DNA of 64,000 bases from an uncultured Candidatus Saccharibacteria bacterium (GCA_964416985.1 CAYQFS010000001.1:153365-217364); one strand, 5' to 3'; shown: positions 10,311-20,856, counted from the stretch's first letter. A program made the numbers and translations. The notes: a model not told the origin generated them from the letters alone.

Positions 10311-12254
10311 TTATACCGCCAAAAGTACTGGAATGACGATTGGTCGCTTTGCAGTTTTTTGAAGAAGGAATTTGCTTACGTTGTCTGAGATGGTTGTTTT
10401 GACGTAATCAACGTTAATAGGATTCATATTTTTTGTAGTCTCTTCGACAGTTGTTTTGATGATCATTCGTGCCTGGTGAAGAAGCTCCTGCGATTCGCGG
10501 AGGTAGACGAATCCACGCGAGATGATATCCGGAGATTTTTTGAGTTTACCGTTTTGTGCATTGATGATCGCGAAGACGATGAAGATTCCATCCTGAGCGA
10601 GCATTTGTCGGTCGCGGATAACCACGTCCTGAATGTCTCCGACAGAGAATCCGTCAACCATGACGATTCCTGAAGGAGCTTTTTCTTTTAGCTTAACAAT
10701 CTTCGCACCTTTTTCTATGATTTCGACGACAGATCCATTGTCAGGGATGATGACTTCGTTTTCGGTGAGTCCGTTTGCTTCATTTGCAATGTCTCCGTGA
10801 ACGCGAAGCATGTAGTGATATCCGTGAACCGGCATGAAGAACTTTGGCTTGATGTGCTGGTGAATCCAAACTGTTTCGTCGTGGTTTGCATGTCCTGAAG
10901 AGTGAACGTCAGAGTTTCGGTAATGGAGAATGTGCGCACCTTGTCGTGAAAGGTTATCTTTGAGTTTCTGAACGGCTCGTTCGTTTCCAGGGACAATCGA
11001 AGATGAAAGGAGAACGGTGTCGCGCTTGGTGATCTTTATGTACTTGTGAGTCTTATTTGAAATTCTCATCATCGCTCCAAACTCGTCTCCCTGAGCACCT
11101 GTTGCAAGAACAATGAGTCTCTCAGGAGGATAGTTATCCATGTGTTCTGCGAGAATGATCGTGTCTTTCTTTGGTTTCAAAAGTCCGAGCTGGAGACAGA
11201 TTTCGATATTTGTTTTCATGCTTCGTCCCTCGACAACGACTTTTTTACCGTATTTTTCTGCGAACTCAACGATTTTGAGCATTCTCTCAAGCAGGGAAGC
11301 AAATGTTGTAATGATTAACCGTCCTTTTGCGTTTTTTATGATTTCTTCTATGTTTTTGTGGACGGTCTTCTCAGGGATTGAGAAACCTGGATTTTCGACG
11401 TTCGTTGAGTCGGCCATGAGAAGGAGAACTTTCTGATTCTTGAAAGCACGTTGATACTCCTCGACTTCCTCTTCAGTCGGAACTCCATCTACATGATCGA
11501 GTTTGAGGTCTCCTGTGTGGACGATCGATCCATGGGGTGTCTCGATAATGATTCCCATTGCATCAGGAATTGTGTGAGTCACAGCAAAGAATTTGATTTT
11601 CAATCCCCCAAGAGTCATTGTTTCATTTTTCTCTACGACTTTGATGTCGAGAGCAGGAAAATGAGGAAATTCTTCTTGGCGCTTTTTGATGAGGACTGAG
11701 GTGAGCATTCGGGTATAGAGTGGCGGATTTCCAATGCGGGGCATGACGTAGGGAATTCCTCCGACATGGTCCAAGTGTCCGTGCGTGACAAGAACAGCGC
11801 GGATCTTGTCCTTTCGCTCTTCGAGATACTTTGTGTTTGGGAGAATGTAGTCGATTCCAGGAGTATTTTCATCCTTGAACTGGAAACCGATATCGATAAT
11901 GACAATATCATTTCCGTATTCAACAACTGTCATGTTCTTTCCGATTTCTTCTACTCCTCCAAGGGGAATGATGCGAATGCAATCAGGTGCCAAAGGTGGA
12001 ACGGTATCCTCGACTTTTTTGTGGACCTGAGTTTCGTCTTTCTTTGGAGCGTGCATTGGTCGTGAACCTCGTCCTCCTGGGCCAAATGACTTTCGGGAAG
12101 AAGTTCCTCTCGAAGCTGGTCCTCGAAATGGAGGACGCTGTGCAGGGCGGGGACTTTCAGCTGGTCGGAGTGGTGTTCGCACTGGAGCAGGGGCAACTGT
12201 TGCTGCTGGAGCTATTCTCTCTATTGCTGCGTCTATCTTTTTTTCTTCGTTCAT
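10311..12254 (-). CDS. rnj: Ribonuclease J
   Basis: IIPLGGVEEIGKNM, THGHLDHVG, HSSGHA, PVHG; low-complexity N-terminal extension. Confidence 0.96.
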   Translation of the reverse strand: MNEEKKIDAAIERIAPAATVAPAPVRTPLRPAESPRPAQRPPFRGPASRGTSSRKSFGPGGRGSRPMHAPKKDETQVHKKVEDTVPPLAPDCIRIIPLGGVEEIGKNMTVVEYGNDIVIIDIGFQFKDENTPGIDYILPNTKYLEERKDKIRAVLVTHGHLDHVGGIPYVMPRIGNPPLYTRMLTSVLIKKRQEEFPHFPALDIKVVEKNETMTLGGLKIKFFAVTHTIPDAMGIIIETPHGSIVHTGDLKLDHVDGVPTEEEVEEYQRAFKNQKVLLLMADSTNVENPGFSIPEKTVHKNIEEIIKNAKGRLIITTFASLLERMLKIVEFAEKYGKKVVVEGRSMKTNIEICLQLGLLKPKKDTIILAEHMDNYPPERLIVLATGAQGDEFGAMMRISNKTHKYIKITKRDTVLLSSSIVPGNERAVQKLKDNLSRQGAHILHYRNSDVHSSGHANHDETVWIHQHIKPKFFMPVHGYHYMLRVHGDIANEANGLTENEVIIPDNGSVVEIIEKGAKIVKLKEKAPSGIVMVDGFSVGDIQDVVIRDRQMLAQDGIFIVFAIINAQNGKLKKSPDIISRGFVYLRESQELLHQARMIIKTTVEETTKNMNPINVDYVKTTISDNVSKFLLQKTAKRPIVIPVLLAV

Positions 12255-12287
12255 AAATGTGTAATTGTGTTAGTAATGTTAATTATT

Positions 12288-14009
12288 TTAATTTTTTGTC
12301 GTAAATATCTTCCATACATTGCTCGTCGCTGTATACCACTCATTTACCTTTGCAAAGCGGTCTGATGGAGAAGAGATTCTTCCGAGCTCCATTCCCGCAA
12401 GTTTGTCGGGGACAATGTATATAAATTCTGGTGAATAAAGGAAGACTGCCGGCACCTCGTCCTGGATGATCTTCTCAAACTGGGCGTACTTGTCAGTACG
12501 AATCTTTTCATCGGAAGTGCTGCGCGCGTCATCGAGGAGCTTGTCGACTTTGCTGTTGACGTAGGCTGCGACGTTGAGGCCGGGAGCATTTCTCTGTGAT
12601 GAATGCCAGAATGCATAAAGGTCGAGGTCTTTACCGATAAATTCTCCGAAAAGAAGCGCATCATATTTTCGAGTTGTGATGATGTTTTGGTATAGATCAC
12701 CGTATTCAAATACTTTGACATTTACTCGCGCTCCGAGAAGACCCCATTGAGTTTTTACAAGTTCAGCAGCTTTCTTGAGGTCGGGGGCATCGACTGTTGA
12801 TATTGAAAATTCGAGTGTCTGAAGAAGCACTCCCTTTTTATCCTTTTTTTCTAAAACTCCATTTCCATTGAGAGTCCAACCCGCTTTTGCAAGAAGATTT
12901 CTGGCGCTGTCGATGTCAGGTTTTTTTGTTGTACCCTGAGATTTTGTTACTGGAAGAGGGCTATCGCTCCGTACACCATATCCTCCGAGAACTTCGCTCA
13001 CGATTGCGTCTTTGTCGATAACCATATTGAGAGCCTGTCGGACTTCAATTTGTGAGAGAACTGGAGCCTGGTTTTGATTGAAAAAGATGCCGAACACACG
13101 AGGGAGCGGAGTGTGTAGGATGCGGGCTGAAGGAGAGCTTGAGGCGATTGCCGCTGCTTCTGTGGGTGAGACTCCAGCCAGACTCTCTATTTTTCGAGAG
13201 GAATATGCCTCAAGAGCGCTTTTTTCGCTCGGATAAAAATAGATGTAAAGATTTGAAATATACGCTTCGCCGTCATAGTACCTGCTAAAAGGAGTAAAGC
13301 TATAGTACTCAGGAATTCCGCCGCTGTCGTGCTTGATGGTGGTTAGTTTGTAAGGACCAGCCCCGACAGGATTTACATTGTACTGGCTATAAATGAATTG
13401 ATCTGCTTCAACCTTACTCCAGATGTGTTTTGGAATAATTCCGAGAGTAGTGTTTGCAAGAAATGGTGCATATGGCTGCTTCAAAACAAATTGGATATGT
13501 TGCTCGTCGAGTTTTTTTACAGAAATATTTGCCCAATCCGCTCGGCGAGGACTCTTTATGACACTATCTTTTATTTTTTGTATTGTAAATTCAACGTCGT
13601 CAGCCGTGAGTGGGATTCCGTCGTGAAAACGAAGATTATTTCTCAGGGTGAATGTGTATGTGAGGCCGTCTGAGGAGATTTCATATTTCTCCGCAAGGTC
13701 GGGCACGAGTTTGCCAGAGTCATATTTCATAAGGCCCGAATAAACAAGTGCTGAAAGATCACGATCAATGTCGGTAAATGAAAGGACGGGATTGATGTAG
13801 CGAGGAAGGCCGACAATTCCCTCAGAAAGACTTCCTCCTTGGGTTGGAACTGGTACAAGAAAGAGGTTGTTGACTTTGAGGGCGAGGGAAATAGCACTTA
13901 CCACGATCATTATGACAAAAATCCCGAAAATGAATTTTTCAGTCGCAGAAAAACTTTTGATTGTAGCGAGGAGTTTCTCGCTTCCCTTAATATGAAATTC
14001 TTTTCCCAT
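12288..14009 (-). CDS. ABC transporter substrate-binding protein, family 5 (OppA/DppA-like)
   Basis: PDLAEKYEISSDGLTYTFTLR, FHDG.PLTADDV.FT, PVGAGPY; N-terminal TM anchor. Confidence 0.9.
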   Translation of the reverse strand: MGKEFHIKGSEKLLATIKSFSATEKFIFGIFVIMIVVSAISLALKVNNLFLVPVPTQGGSLSEGIVGLPRYINPVLSFTDIDRDLSALVYSGLMKYDSGKLVPDLAEKYEISSDGLTYTFTLRNNLRFHDGIPLTADDVEFTIQKIKDSVIKSPRRADWANISVKKLDEQHIQFVLKQPYAPFLANTTLGIIPKHIWSKVEADQFIYSQYNVNPVGAGPYKLTTIKHDSGGIPEYYSFTPFSRYYDGEAYISNLYIYFYPSEKSALEAYSSRKIESLAGVSPTEAAAIASSSPSARILHTPLPRVFGIFFNQNQAPVLSQIEVRQALNMVIDKDAIVSEVLGGYGVRSDSPLPVTKSQGTTKKPDIDSARNLLAKAGWTLNGNGVLEKKDKKGVLLQTLEFSISTVDAPDLKKAAELVKTQWGLLGARVNVKVFEYGDLYQNIITTRKYDALLFGEFIGKDLDLYAFWHSSQRNAPGLNVAAYVNSKVDKLLDDARSTSDEKIRTDKYAQFEKIIQDEVPAVFLYSPEFIYIVPDKLAGMELGRISSPSDRFAKVNEWYTATSNVWKIFTTKN

Positions 14010-14018
14010 TGGGAGAGA

Positions 14019-14249
14019 TTAGAGGAGGTTGATAAGAGCTGTAATCGCGAAGAGTATCGCAACAACAATGGTAATGATGAAGAGGGTTTTTTCAAATCCA
14101 CGTCGAGTATGGTATGCCGAGCTGAAATTGTCGCTACCGCCGAAAGCACCGCCGATCTGAGCGCCGGTTCTCTGGAGGAGTATTGCGGTTATTAGCACCA
14201 CCGCGAGTACAATCTGAATGTACGGAAGGATAGCCTCGATAGTCTTCAT
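14019..14249 (-). CDS. secG: Preprotein translocase subunit SecG
   Basis: ILLQ..GAQIGGAFGG...TRRGFEK, two TM helices. Confidence 0.92.
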   Translation of the reverse strand: MKTIEAILPYIQIVLAVVLITAILLQRTGAQIGGAFGGSDNFSSAYHTRRGFEKTLFIITIVVAILFAITALINLL

Positions 14250-14360
14250 GTGGGGGTACTATAGCATAGTATAAAAGAAATGCAAACGTTATAAAAAACC
14301 GCACGGAGTCAATTGCTTGACGCCGCGCGGGATTGAAACTAAGGAACGAATTGAGTCACA

Positions 14361-14990
14361 TCATGCTGTGGCAGCAGATACTTCCGTAGTCACAGTAACT
14401 TGTCGAGGAGGGTTTTTGGGAAGCCATTTTCCTTGGTTTCGTTCACATAGTCCGAATTCTAAAAAAATTGCATGAGCATTTTTGAATAGCGCACGCCACC
14501 TTTTTGATCCGTCCGAGTAAACGTCCTCAGCTTCGTGTTCACGCAATGAATTTGCAAGTATTTGGAGGATATCATCAGCATTCCTCTCTAACCACTCATC
14601 ATCGCGATTCAATAGGTATGTCCCTTTCCCGTCGACGGCGTAAGTTGCAAGTAGCTTTTGAAGCTCGGACAACGAGGTGACAAATCTATGATTACCTATT
14701 ATCCGGTATAACAACGAAAGGATGGTGGTCGCTAAAAACCATACAACAATAGCCAGAATAGCCAGTATCACCTGCGTACTATTACCTCTGTTTAAGTAAG
14801 TGACGATGGTTACTGTGGCCACAACCGTTATGAAGAAGATAAGAGCAATAGATGCTTTTCTCCAACCAATGCAATCTTCTAAGTCCTGAGCAATATTTCT
14901 TTGGAATTTGTGCTCCGAGAGCCATGACTGTGTGAGTTTAGGATTTACCAATCCATTTCTTAGGGCGAACTTAACTTCGTTAATGTTCAT
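14361..14990 (-). CDS. Hypothetical membrane protein (2 TM)
   Basis: 209-aa ORF with its own promoter (TTGACA-17-TTTACT near 15147) and a downstream hairpin near 14293-14332. Confidence 0.6.
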   Translation of the reverse strand: MNINEVKFALRNGLVNPKLTQSWLSEHKFQRNIAQDLEDCIGWRKASIALIFFITVVATVTIVTYLNRGNSTQVILAILAIVVWFLATTILSLLYRIIGNHRFVTSLSELQKLLATYAVDGKGTYLLNRDDEWLERNADDILQILANSLREHEAEDVYSDGSKRWRALFKNAHAIFLEFGLCERNQGKWLPKNPPRQVTVTTEVSAATA

Positions 14991-15210
14991 GCGTAACTCT
15001 ACTTTCTTGTCAGTCCGCTTCTCATTGCAACGGGGATTCGAGTCCCTTTCCGTCCGATTCGAGTCGGAGGGAAATGTATACGTTCAAATCAATGAGGTTG
15101 AGCAGTACTTCTGGTAAAAGTAAATCACTCCTAGTTACTTTTGTCAATAGTCATTTTATTTCTAATCGATATAATAAAGACCACCTGATTATCATTAACT
15201 CATTAAAAAT

Positions 15211-15519
15211 ATGAAAAAAAACATCTCACAAAAAATCAAACCATTACAGGATCGTGTCTTGATTAAAGAAGACACCTCAAGCAAGGAAAAGAAAACTTCG
15301 TCGGGGATCATCATTCCTGTAAGCGCTCAAGAGGACAAGGGAAGTAAAAGCGGGGAAATTGTGGCGGTTGGGACGGGACGATATGAAGATGGAAAAATTA
15401 TTCCCATTTCTGTAAAAGTCGGAGAAACAGTGCTTTTTCAGTGGGGAGACAAAGTGCGGATCGGCGACGAGGAATACTATATTGTCAAAGAATCAGAAAT
15501 TTTAGCAGTTATTAAATAA
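15211..15519 (+). CDS. groES: Co-chaperonin GroES
   Basis: IKPLQDRVLIK, SGIIIP, ESEILAVI. Confidence 0.96.
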   Translation: MKKNISQKIKPLQDRVLIKEDTSSKEKKTSSGIIIPVSAQEDKGSKSGEIVAVGTGRYEDGKIIPISVKVGETVLFQWGDKVRIGDEEYYIVKESEILAVIK

Positions 15520-15524
15520 AAAAT

Positions 15525-17180
15525 ATGTCAAAGAAAATTCTCTACAATGAAGATGCTCGAAAAGCCCTCAAGAAGGGAATTGATGCGGTGGCTGATGCGG
15601 TCAAACTTACCATCGGACCACGAGGAAGAAATGTTGTTCTCGATAAAGGATATGGTTCGCCGACGATTACAAATGACGGTGTTTCAATCGCAAAAGAAAT
15701 AACTTTGAAGGACAAGTTTGAAAACATGGGAGTGGAGATCATAAAAGAGGTGGCGACAAAGACAAACGAAAGCGCGGGAGACGGAACGACGACATCAGTG
15801 GTTCTCACGCAGGCAATCGTGTCTGAGGGAATGAGGCACACAACGATGGGGGTTAATGCTATGGGAGTGAAGTTTGGAATTGAAGCAGCGGCAAAAGATG
15901 TGGTAAGTGAACTCAAAAAACTTGCAAAGCCTCTGAAGACCGATGAAGAGATTCGTCAGGTGGCAACCATTTCTGCTGAATCAGAGACGCTTGGAAAAAT
16001 AATCGCGGATACAATTAAAAAAGTAGGAAAAGACGGAGTGGTGACAGTCGAAGAATCACAGACTCTCGGCCTTGATTCTGAAGTTGTTGAAGGAATCGAA
16101 TTTGATAAAGGATACATTTCTCCCTACATGATTACAAATGCAGAACGAATGGAAGCGGAATACTCTGATCCTGCCGTTCTTGTGACCGATAAAAAGATCT
16201 CATCGATAAAAGATGTTCTCCCACTTCTCGAGAAGCTCGCTCAGATGGGAAAGAAGGAGCTCGTCATAATTGCCGAGGATGTCGACGGAGAGGCGCTTAC
16301 GACATTTTTGGTAAATAAACTCCGAGGAGGATTCAATGTCCTTGCTATCAAAGCGCCTGGATATGCCGACCGAAAAAAGGATATGCTCGAGGATATCGCG
16401 ATAACTGTGGGTGCTACGCTCATTTCCGAAGCGGTTGGAATAACATTTGAGACTGCAGACATTTCAATGCTTGGAAAAGCTCGTCGGGTCATTTCAACAA
16501 AAGACTCAACGGTCATCGTTGGTGGAAAAGGGAAAAAGGCAGACATCGAGAAACGAGTGGCACAGATAAAGAAGCAAAGGGAAGATGTTGGAGGAAAATT
16601 TGATAAAGATCATCTTGACCAAAGGATCGCCAAACTTTCGGGAGGGGTTGCGGTCATTCGTGTTGGAGCGGCTACTGAGACAGAGATGAAATATCTTAAA
16701 TTGAAGATTGAAGATGCGGTTAATGCGACGAAAGCGGCGATTGATGAAGGAATAGTTGCTGGCGGTGGAGTAGCACTGGTCAAGGTCGCTGATGAAGTCA
16801 GAAAGTCACAATTATTACCAAAGAGTTCATCAACAATTTCAAAAGAATTTGAACTCGGCTATCAGATTGTTCTCAAGGCACTCGAAGCTCCTTTAAAGCA
16901 AATTGTTATAAATGCTGGAAAAGACGATGCTTCTGTTATTATCGAAAAGATACGAAATGGAAAAGGAAATAATGGCTACGACGCTCTCAGAGATGGGATG
17001 GTTGCTGATATGCTCGCAGCGGGAATTATTGATCCAGTCAAAGTTACCCGTCTTGGCGTACAAAATGCATGCTCAGCAGCAGCAATTCTTCTGACGACTG
17101 AGGCAGCTATTGCTGAGGAGCCAAAGGATGAGAAGTCGGGAGGAGGTGTGAGCCCAGGAGCGGGAGGAATGGATTATTAA
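15525..17180 (+). CDS. groEL: Chaperonin GroEL
   Basis: GPRGRNV, ITNDGVSIAKEI, AGDGTTT, GGM tail. Confidence 0.98.
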   Translation: MSKKILYNEDARKALKKGIDAVADAVKLTIGPRGRNVVLDKGYGSPTITNDGVSIAKEITLKDKFENMGVEIIKEVATKTNESAGDGTTTSVVLTQAIVSEGMRHTTMGVNAMGVKFGIEAAAKDVVSELKKLAKPLKTDEEIRQVATISAESETLGKIIADTIKKVGKDGVVTVEESQTLGLDSEVVEGIEFDKGYISPYMITNAERMEAEYSDPAVLVTDKKISSIKDVLPLLEKLAQMGKKELVIIAEDVDGEALTTFLVNKLRGGFNVLAIKAPGYADRKKDMLEDIAITVGATLISEAVGITFETADISMLGKARRVISTKDSTVIVGGKGKKADIEKRVAQIKKQREDVGGKFDKDHLDQRIAKLSGGVAVIRVGAATETEMKYLKLKIEDAVNATKAAIDEGIVAGGGVALVKVADEVRKSQLLPKSSSTISKEFELGYQIVLKALEAPLKQIVINAGKDDASVIIEKIRNGKGNNGYDALRDGMVADMLAAGIIDPVKVTRLGVQNACSAAAILLTTEAAIAEEPKDEKSGGGVSPGAGGMDY

Positions 17181-17231
17181 TGGAATCGTGGTATACTAGC
17201 CTTCATATATAAGTGGGTTTATTAAAAAAAC

Positions 17232-17912
17232 ATGAAAAAATCAATAATTATCGTTGTAGTTATCATTATTATAGGACTCGTTATTTGGGGTGTTTCTCGA
17301 AATAAGAGCACAACCTCAGGGGTTTCTACAGAGACTCCGGTTGCTTCTTCAACTACTGTTTCAGCTCCAGTGAGTGAGACAACGAAGGTTTCTGACAAGC
17401 TCTCAGAATACAAGAACGAAGAACTTGGATTTAGCGTAAAGTATCCTTCAGCTTGGGAGGCTACTCCATCTGAAACTGGTGTTACGTTCGTAGTTCCAGT
17501 TGGAAAGGCAGAGACAAATACTATCGGAAAACTTGAATCTAAGATAATGGTCATCTCTGGAAAGTGCTCATTCCCTCCAGTTACAACTATCAAGGATCGA
17601 AGTACATTGAAGTCGGGAGATCTTTCTTTCAGTATGATTTCAATGTCAAACTCAGTACAGGGTCGATCATACTTTGACAGAATGTACTCATTGCAGCGAG
17701 ACAGTATCTGCTACATATTTAGTTTCTCATCGATCACGCTTAGCCCTGCTTCAAAAGGCTTCAAGGGATCAGAAGTTACTCAGATGACAAACAACAACAA
17801 AGCAATTGTCGATGCAGCTGATGCTTCATTTGTAAGTATGATTAAGTCATTTGGTTATGTCGTTGGAGCAGCAGGCAAAAACGAAGCCGATGTTGTTCCT
17901 GCAAAGAAATAA
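17232..17912 (+). CDS. Hypothetical membrane-anchored exported protein
   Basis: N-terminal TM, Ser/Thr linker, YKNEELGFSVKYP (PsbP-like start). Confidence 0.75.
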   Translation: MKKSIIIVVVIIIIGLVIWGVSRNKSTTSGVSTETPVASSTTVSAPVSETTKVSDKLSEYKNEELGFSVKYPSAWEATPSETGVTFVVPVGKAETNTIGKLESKIMVISGKCSFPPVTTIKDRSTLKSGDLSFSMISMSNSVQGRSYFDRMYSLQRDSICYIFSFSSITLSPASKGFKGSEVTQMTNNNKAIVDAADASFVSMIKSFGYVVGAAGKNEADVVPAKK

Positions 17913-17930
17913 TATTTCTTCTCCTACGCT

Positions 17931-18485
17931 ATGAAAAAAACACTCGGCATCATTATTGCAATCGTCGTTCTTGTCCTTCTCTACGGTTTTGGAACCTACA
18001 ACCGTCTCGTGACTTTGAACGTTGATGCAGATACCAAGTGGAAGCAAGTCGAAGTCGATTACCAGAGACGCTTCGATCTCATTCCTGGTCTCGTAGAGTC
18101 AGTGAAGGGAATCATGAAGCAAGAGACAGCAGTCTTCACCGCTCTTGCTGACGCACGTACCCACTACGCAGGTGCTACGAGTGCAAATGAAAAAGCTATC
18201 GCAGCAGGACAAGTTGACTCCGCTCTCGGACGACTTCTTGTTATTGCCGAAAATTATCCTGAGCTCAAGTCATCTGCAAACATGGCAACTTTCATGTCTC
18301 AGTACGAAGGAACAGAAAATCGCATTGGTGTTGCTCGAATGAAATATAATGATGCTGTTAAAGAGTACAATCTCAAAGTAATGAGAATTCCAAGCTCTAT
18401 TATTGCAGCTCTCACTGGTTTCAAAGAACGGGCATATTTCGAAGCGGCTGCCGGTTCAGAAAAAGCTCCTGAAGTAAAATTCTAA
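17931..18485 (+). CDS. lemA: LemA family protein
   Basis: YNRLV, YQRRFDLIP.LV, ENYPELKS, GTENRI. Confidence 0.93.
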   Translation: MKKTLGIIIAIVVLVLLYGFGTYNRLVTLNVDADTKWKQVEVDYQRRFDLIPGLVESVKGIMKQETAVFTALADARTHYAGATSANEKAIAAGQVDSALGRLLVIAENYPELKSSANMATFMSQYEGTENRIGVARMKYNDAVKEYNLKVMRIPSSIIAALTGFKERAYFEAAAGSEKAPEVKF

Positions 18486-18489
18486 TCTC

Positions 18490-19350
18490 ATGAAGCGAGT
18501 AGGCATTATTTCTACTCTTTGCCTTCTTTTTTTCACGCCATTTCTTGTTAGTGCGTACCAAAGCCCTGGAAAACCCCAGGGCTTTGTCAGTGATTTTGCT
18601 GGTATTCTTTCTCCGGGAGCTAAAAGTTCTCTTGAAAGTTCTCTTTCTTCTTTTCAAAAAGAAACTTCTCTCGAGATCGCGGTCGTCACTATTCCTTCTC
18701 TCGGAGATGAGACTATCGAGACGTATGCCGTAAAACTTTTTGAGGAATGGGGGATTGGGGACAAAGAAAAAGATACCGGTGCACTGCTTCTCGTCGCTCC
18801 AAATGAGCGCAAAGTCCGTATCGAAGTCGGCTATGGTCTCGAAGGCTCTCTCACTGATGCTCAGTCAAATGGAATTATTCAGACTATTGTTCTCCCGGCT
18901 TTTCGGGCGAATGACTATGAAAAGGGAATTACCGAAGGGGCGAGGGCGATGATGGAGGTGGTCAGAGGAGAGGGAAATTATGTGCCCGTAGATCGAACCT
19001 CAGATACTCAAAAAGGGATTTTCTATTTCATTCAGCACTTTGGGTTCATCATTCTTTTTATTGTCATCAGTATTTTTGCAAGTACAAAGTCGTGGTGGCT
19101 TGGAGGGATTCTTGGCGCTGGTACAGGAATAGTTATTGGCTTTTTCTCGACCATTTTTATCGGTGTTATCTCGACGGTTGTTCTCACTCTTGTCGGCTTA
19201 CTCGTTGATTATCTCGCGTCTAAAGGAGGCGGGAGGGGAGGAAGGGGAGGATTCTGGGGAGGTTTTGGAGGTGGTAGTTTTGGGGGAGGTGGATTTGGAG
19301 GATTTAGTGGAGGTTCTTCTGGCGGCGGGGGATCCTCCGGTAGCTGGTAG
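18490..19350 (+). CDS. TPM domain protein (YgcG-like) with Gly-rich tail
   Basis: VSDFAGIL, VRIEVGYGLEG, GGGSSGSW; typical lemA neighbour. Confidence 0.92.
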   Translation: MKRVGIISTLCLLFFTPFLVSAYQSPGKPQGFVSDFAGILSPGAKSSLESSLSSFQKETSLEIAVVTIPSLGDETIETYAVKLFEEWGIGDKEKDTGALLLVAPNERKVRIEVGYGLEGSLTDAQSNGIIQTIVLPAFRANDYEKGITEGARAMMEVVRGEGNYVPVDRTSDTQKGIFYFIQHFGFIILFIVISIFASTKSWWLGGILGAGTGIVIGFFSTIFIGVISTVVLTLVGLLVDYLASKGGGRGGRGGFWGGFGGGSFGGGGFGGFSGGSSGGGGSSGSW

Positions 19351-19391
19351 TTTACATTGTATGTACATTCTCTATACAATGTCTATACAAA

Positions 19392-19478
19392 GGAAGGTTC
19401 GCATAGTGGTCTAGTGCGCAACGTTGGAAACGTTGTGTGGGAGAAATCCCACCGAGAGTTCGAATCTCTCACCTTCCG
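19392..19478 (+). tRNA. tRNA-Ser(GGA)
   Basis: GGAAGGT/ACCTTCC acceptor, CAACG-TT GGA AA-CGTTG, long variable arm, TTCGAAT loop. Confidence 0.95.
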
Positions 19479-19566
19479 CAGTTGAATTTTGGTATCGGGT
19501 GACTTTAATGCACAATTGTCATAGCTTAAGCTTCGCAAAGCGTCTGATTCATTGTATTATTGTCAT

Positions 19567-20856
19567 ATGAAAAATAATCAAAAAGGTTTCATTGCTCCCT
19601 TGCTGACTGTGATAATTGGGTTGATAGTAATAGGAGGCGGAGCTTATATGTATTTGAATAAAGATCATGGCTCATTGGGCATATCTGACACAACTTCAAT
19701 CACTGATCCGAAAGATGTCAAAGATTTTGATACTTGCATGAGTTATGCAAAAAATATACCGACAAATTTTGATATTGTGTTCGCTCACGGTTCTAATATT
19801 CAGGATGTAACGAATATTGAAGCAGATTTCCAGAAAGCATACCCACAGGCCAAATTGAAAGTTTCCACCGAGCAAGACGCGATGGATGAAGCCATTGCTT
19901 ATAATGGGGGAAGTATAAAGACTGCAAGCGGATTGGCAGACTATAAGAAACAAATAACACCACAACTCACTTCCAAAATCTCTGTCAGCGTTCCTCTTCA
20001 ATATCTCGGTACAAAGAAGAGCTTTGATGATTTTATGACAATGATATTGAGTAAGTATCCTCGGGCAAAATTCCAACAGTATGCAGGCTCTTCTCCGGAG
20101 ACGTTCCTATCTGATTCCTCAATAAGTGTGGGTGAGGCTCAGTATGTTTACCAGCAACAATGCACCTACAAATACAAGACATTAGATGCATCAGGCCGAG
20201 CAGCACTGGACGTCAAGACTGCAGATCAATCTATTCAACTCGGGGTACGAGTCACAATGTTAAACGCCTCAAGTTATTATGAAGACCATGCTTCTTATGG
20301 CTCCGGTGCTCTATCACAGAATAATGGTGTATGTTCCGATACTGGCGTGTATGGACTAAGTAAATCACTAGACTCCCTTACAAAGAATGCGGGTGTTTCA
20401 TATTGCTATGCTTCTGCGACTGCATTTGCAGTGTCTGCCCCGCTAAAATCTGATCCATCAATAGGATACTGTGCTGACAGTACTGGTTTCTTTGGTAAGA
20501 CTCCTCCAACAGCAGCTAATAAAGGTTACTGTGTTGCACCTAGGAAAGTTAGTCAAGATATCAGCTCTTGCCAGAATGGCGGATCAACTGTTAGGGCGAG
20601 ATGGATATGTGTAGGTAACATCGTAGATCCAACTCCTCCATTCCATATACAAAATATTGTTATGCCGTTCGCTACTCCTATTTCAGAGAAGATTAATTTC
20701 TGTAAGACATTTAATGGTACTGAAGCTGACTATTGTTTTGCTTCCATAATCCAGTCAGCAGGAACTGATCGTTTTAGTGAAGAAGCAAAATCAATATGTA
20801 ATATGATCTCTGATAAAAATACATGGTTCAAAAATGATTGTAAGAATAAAGATTAA
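19567..20856 (+). CDS. Pilin-like Cys-rich exported protein
   Basis: QKGF-IAPLL class III signal-like N-terminus; FAVSAPL...YCADSTG segment resembling CPR pilin domains. Confidence 0.65.
   Translation: MKNNQKGFIAPLLTVIIGLIVIGGGAYMYLNKDHGSLGISDTTSITDPKDVKDFDTCMSYAKNIPTNFDIVFAHGSNIQDVTNIEADFQKAYPQAKLKVSTEQDAMDEAIAYNGGSIKTASGLADYKKQITPQLTSKISVSVPLQYLGTKKSFDDFMTMILSKYPRAKFQQYAGSSPETFLSDSSISVGEAQYVYQQQCTYKYKTLDASGRAALDVKTADQSIQLGVRVTMLNASSYYEDHASYGSGALSQNNGVCSDTGVYGLSKSLDSLTKNAGVSYCYASATAFAVSAPLKSDPSIGYCADSTGFFGKTPPTAANKGYCVAPRKVSQDISSCQNGGSTVRARWICVGNIVDPTPPFHIQNIVMPFATPISEKINFCKTFNGTEADYCFASIIQSAGTDRFSEEAKSICNMISDKNTWFKNDCKNKD

Noticed and set aside
12288-14009. OppA-like gene without permeases as a novel system
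   Set aside because: Solo family-5 binding proteins beside secG appear common in CPR genomes (from recall), and partners may lie outside the window
19225-19350. G-rich low-complexity repeat
   Set aside because: Encodes the normal Gly-rich tail of TPM-domain proteins
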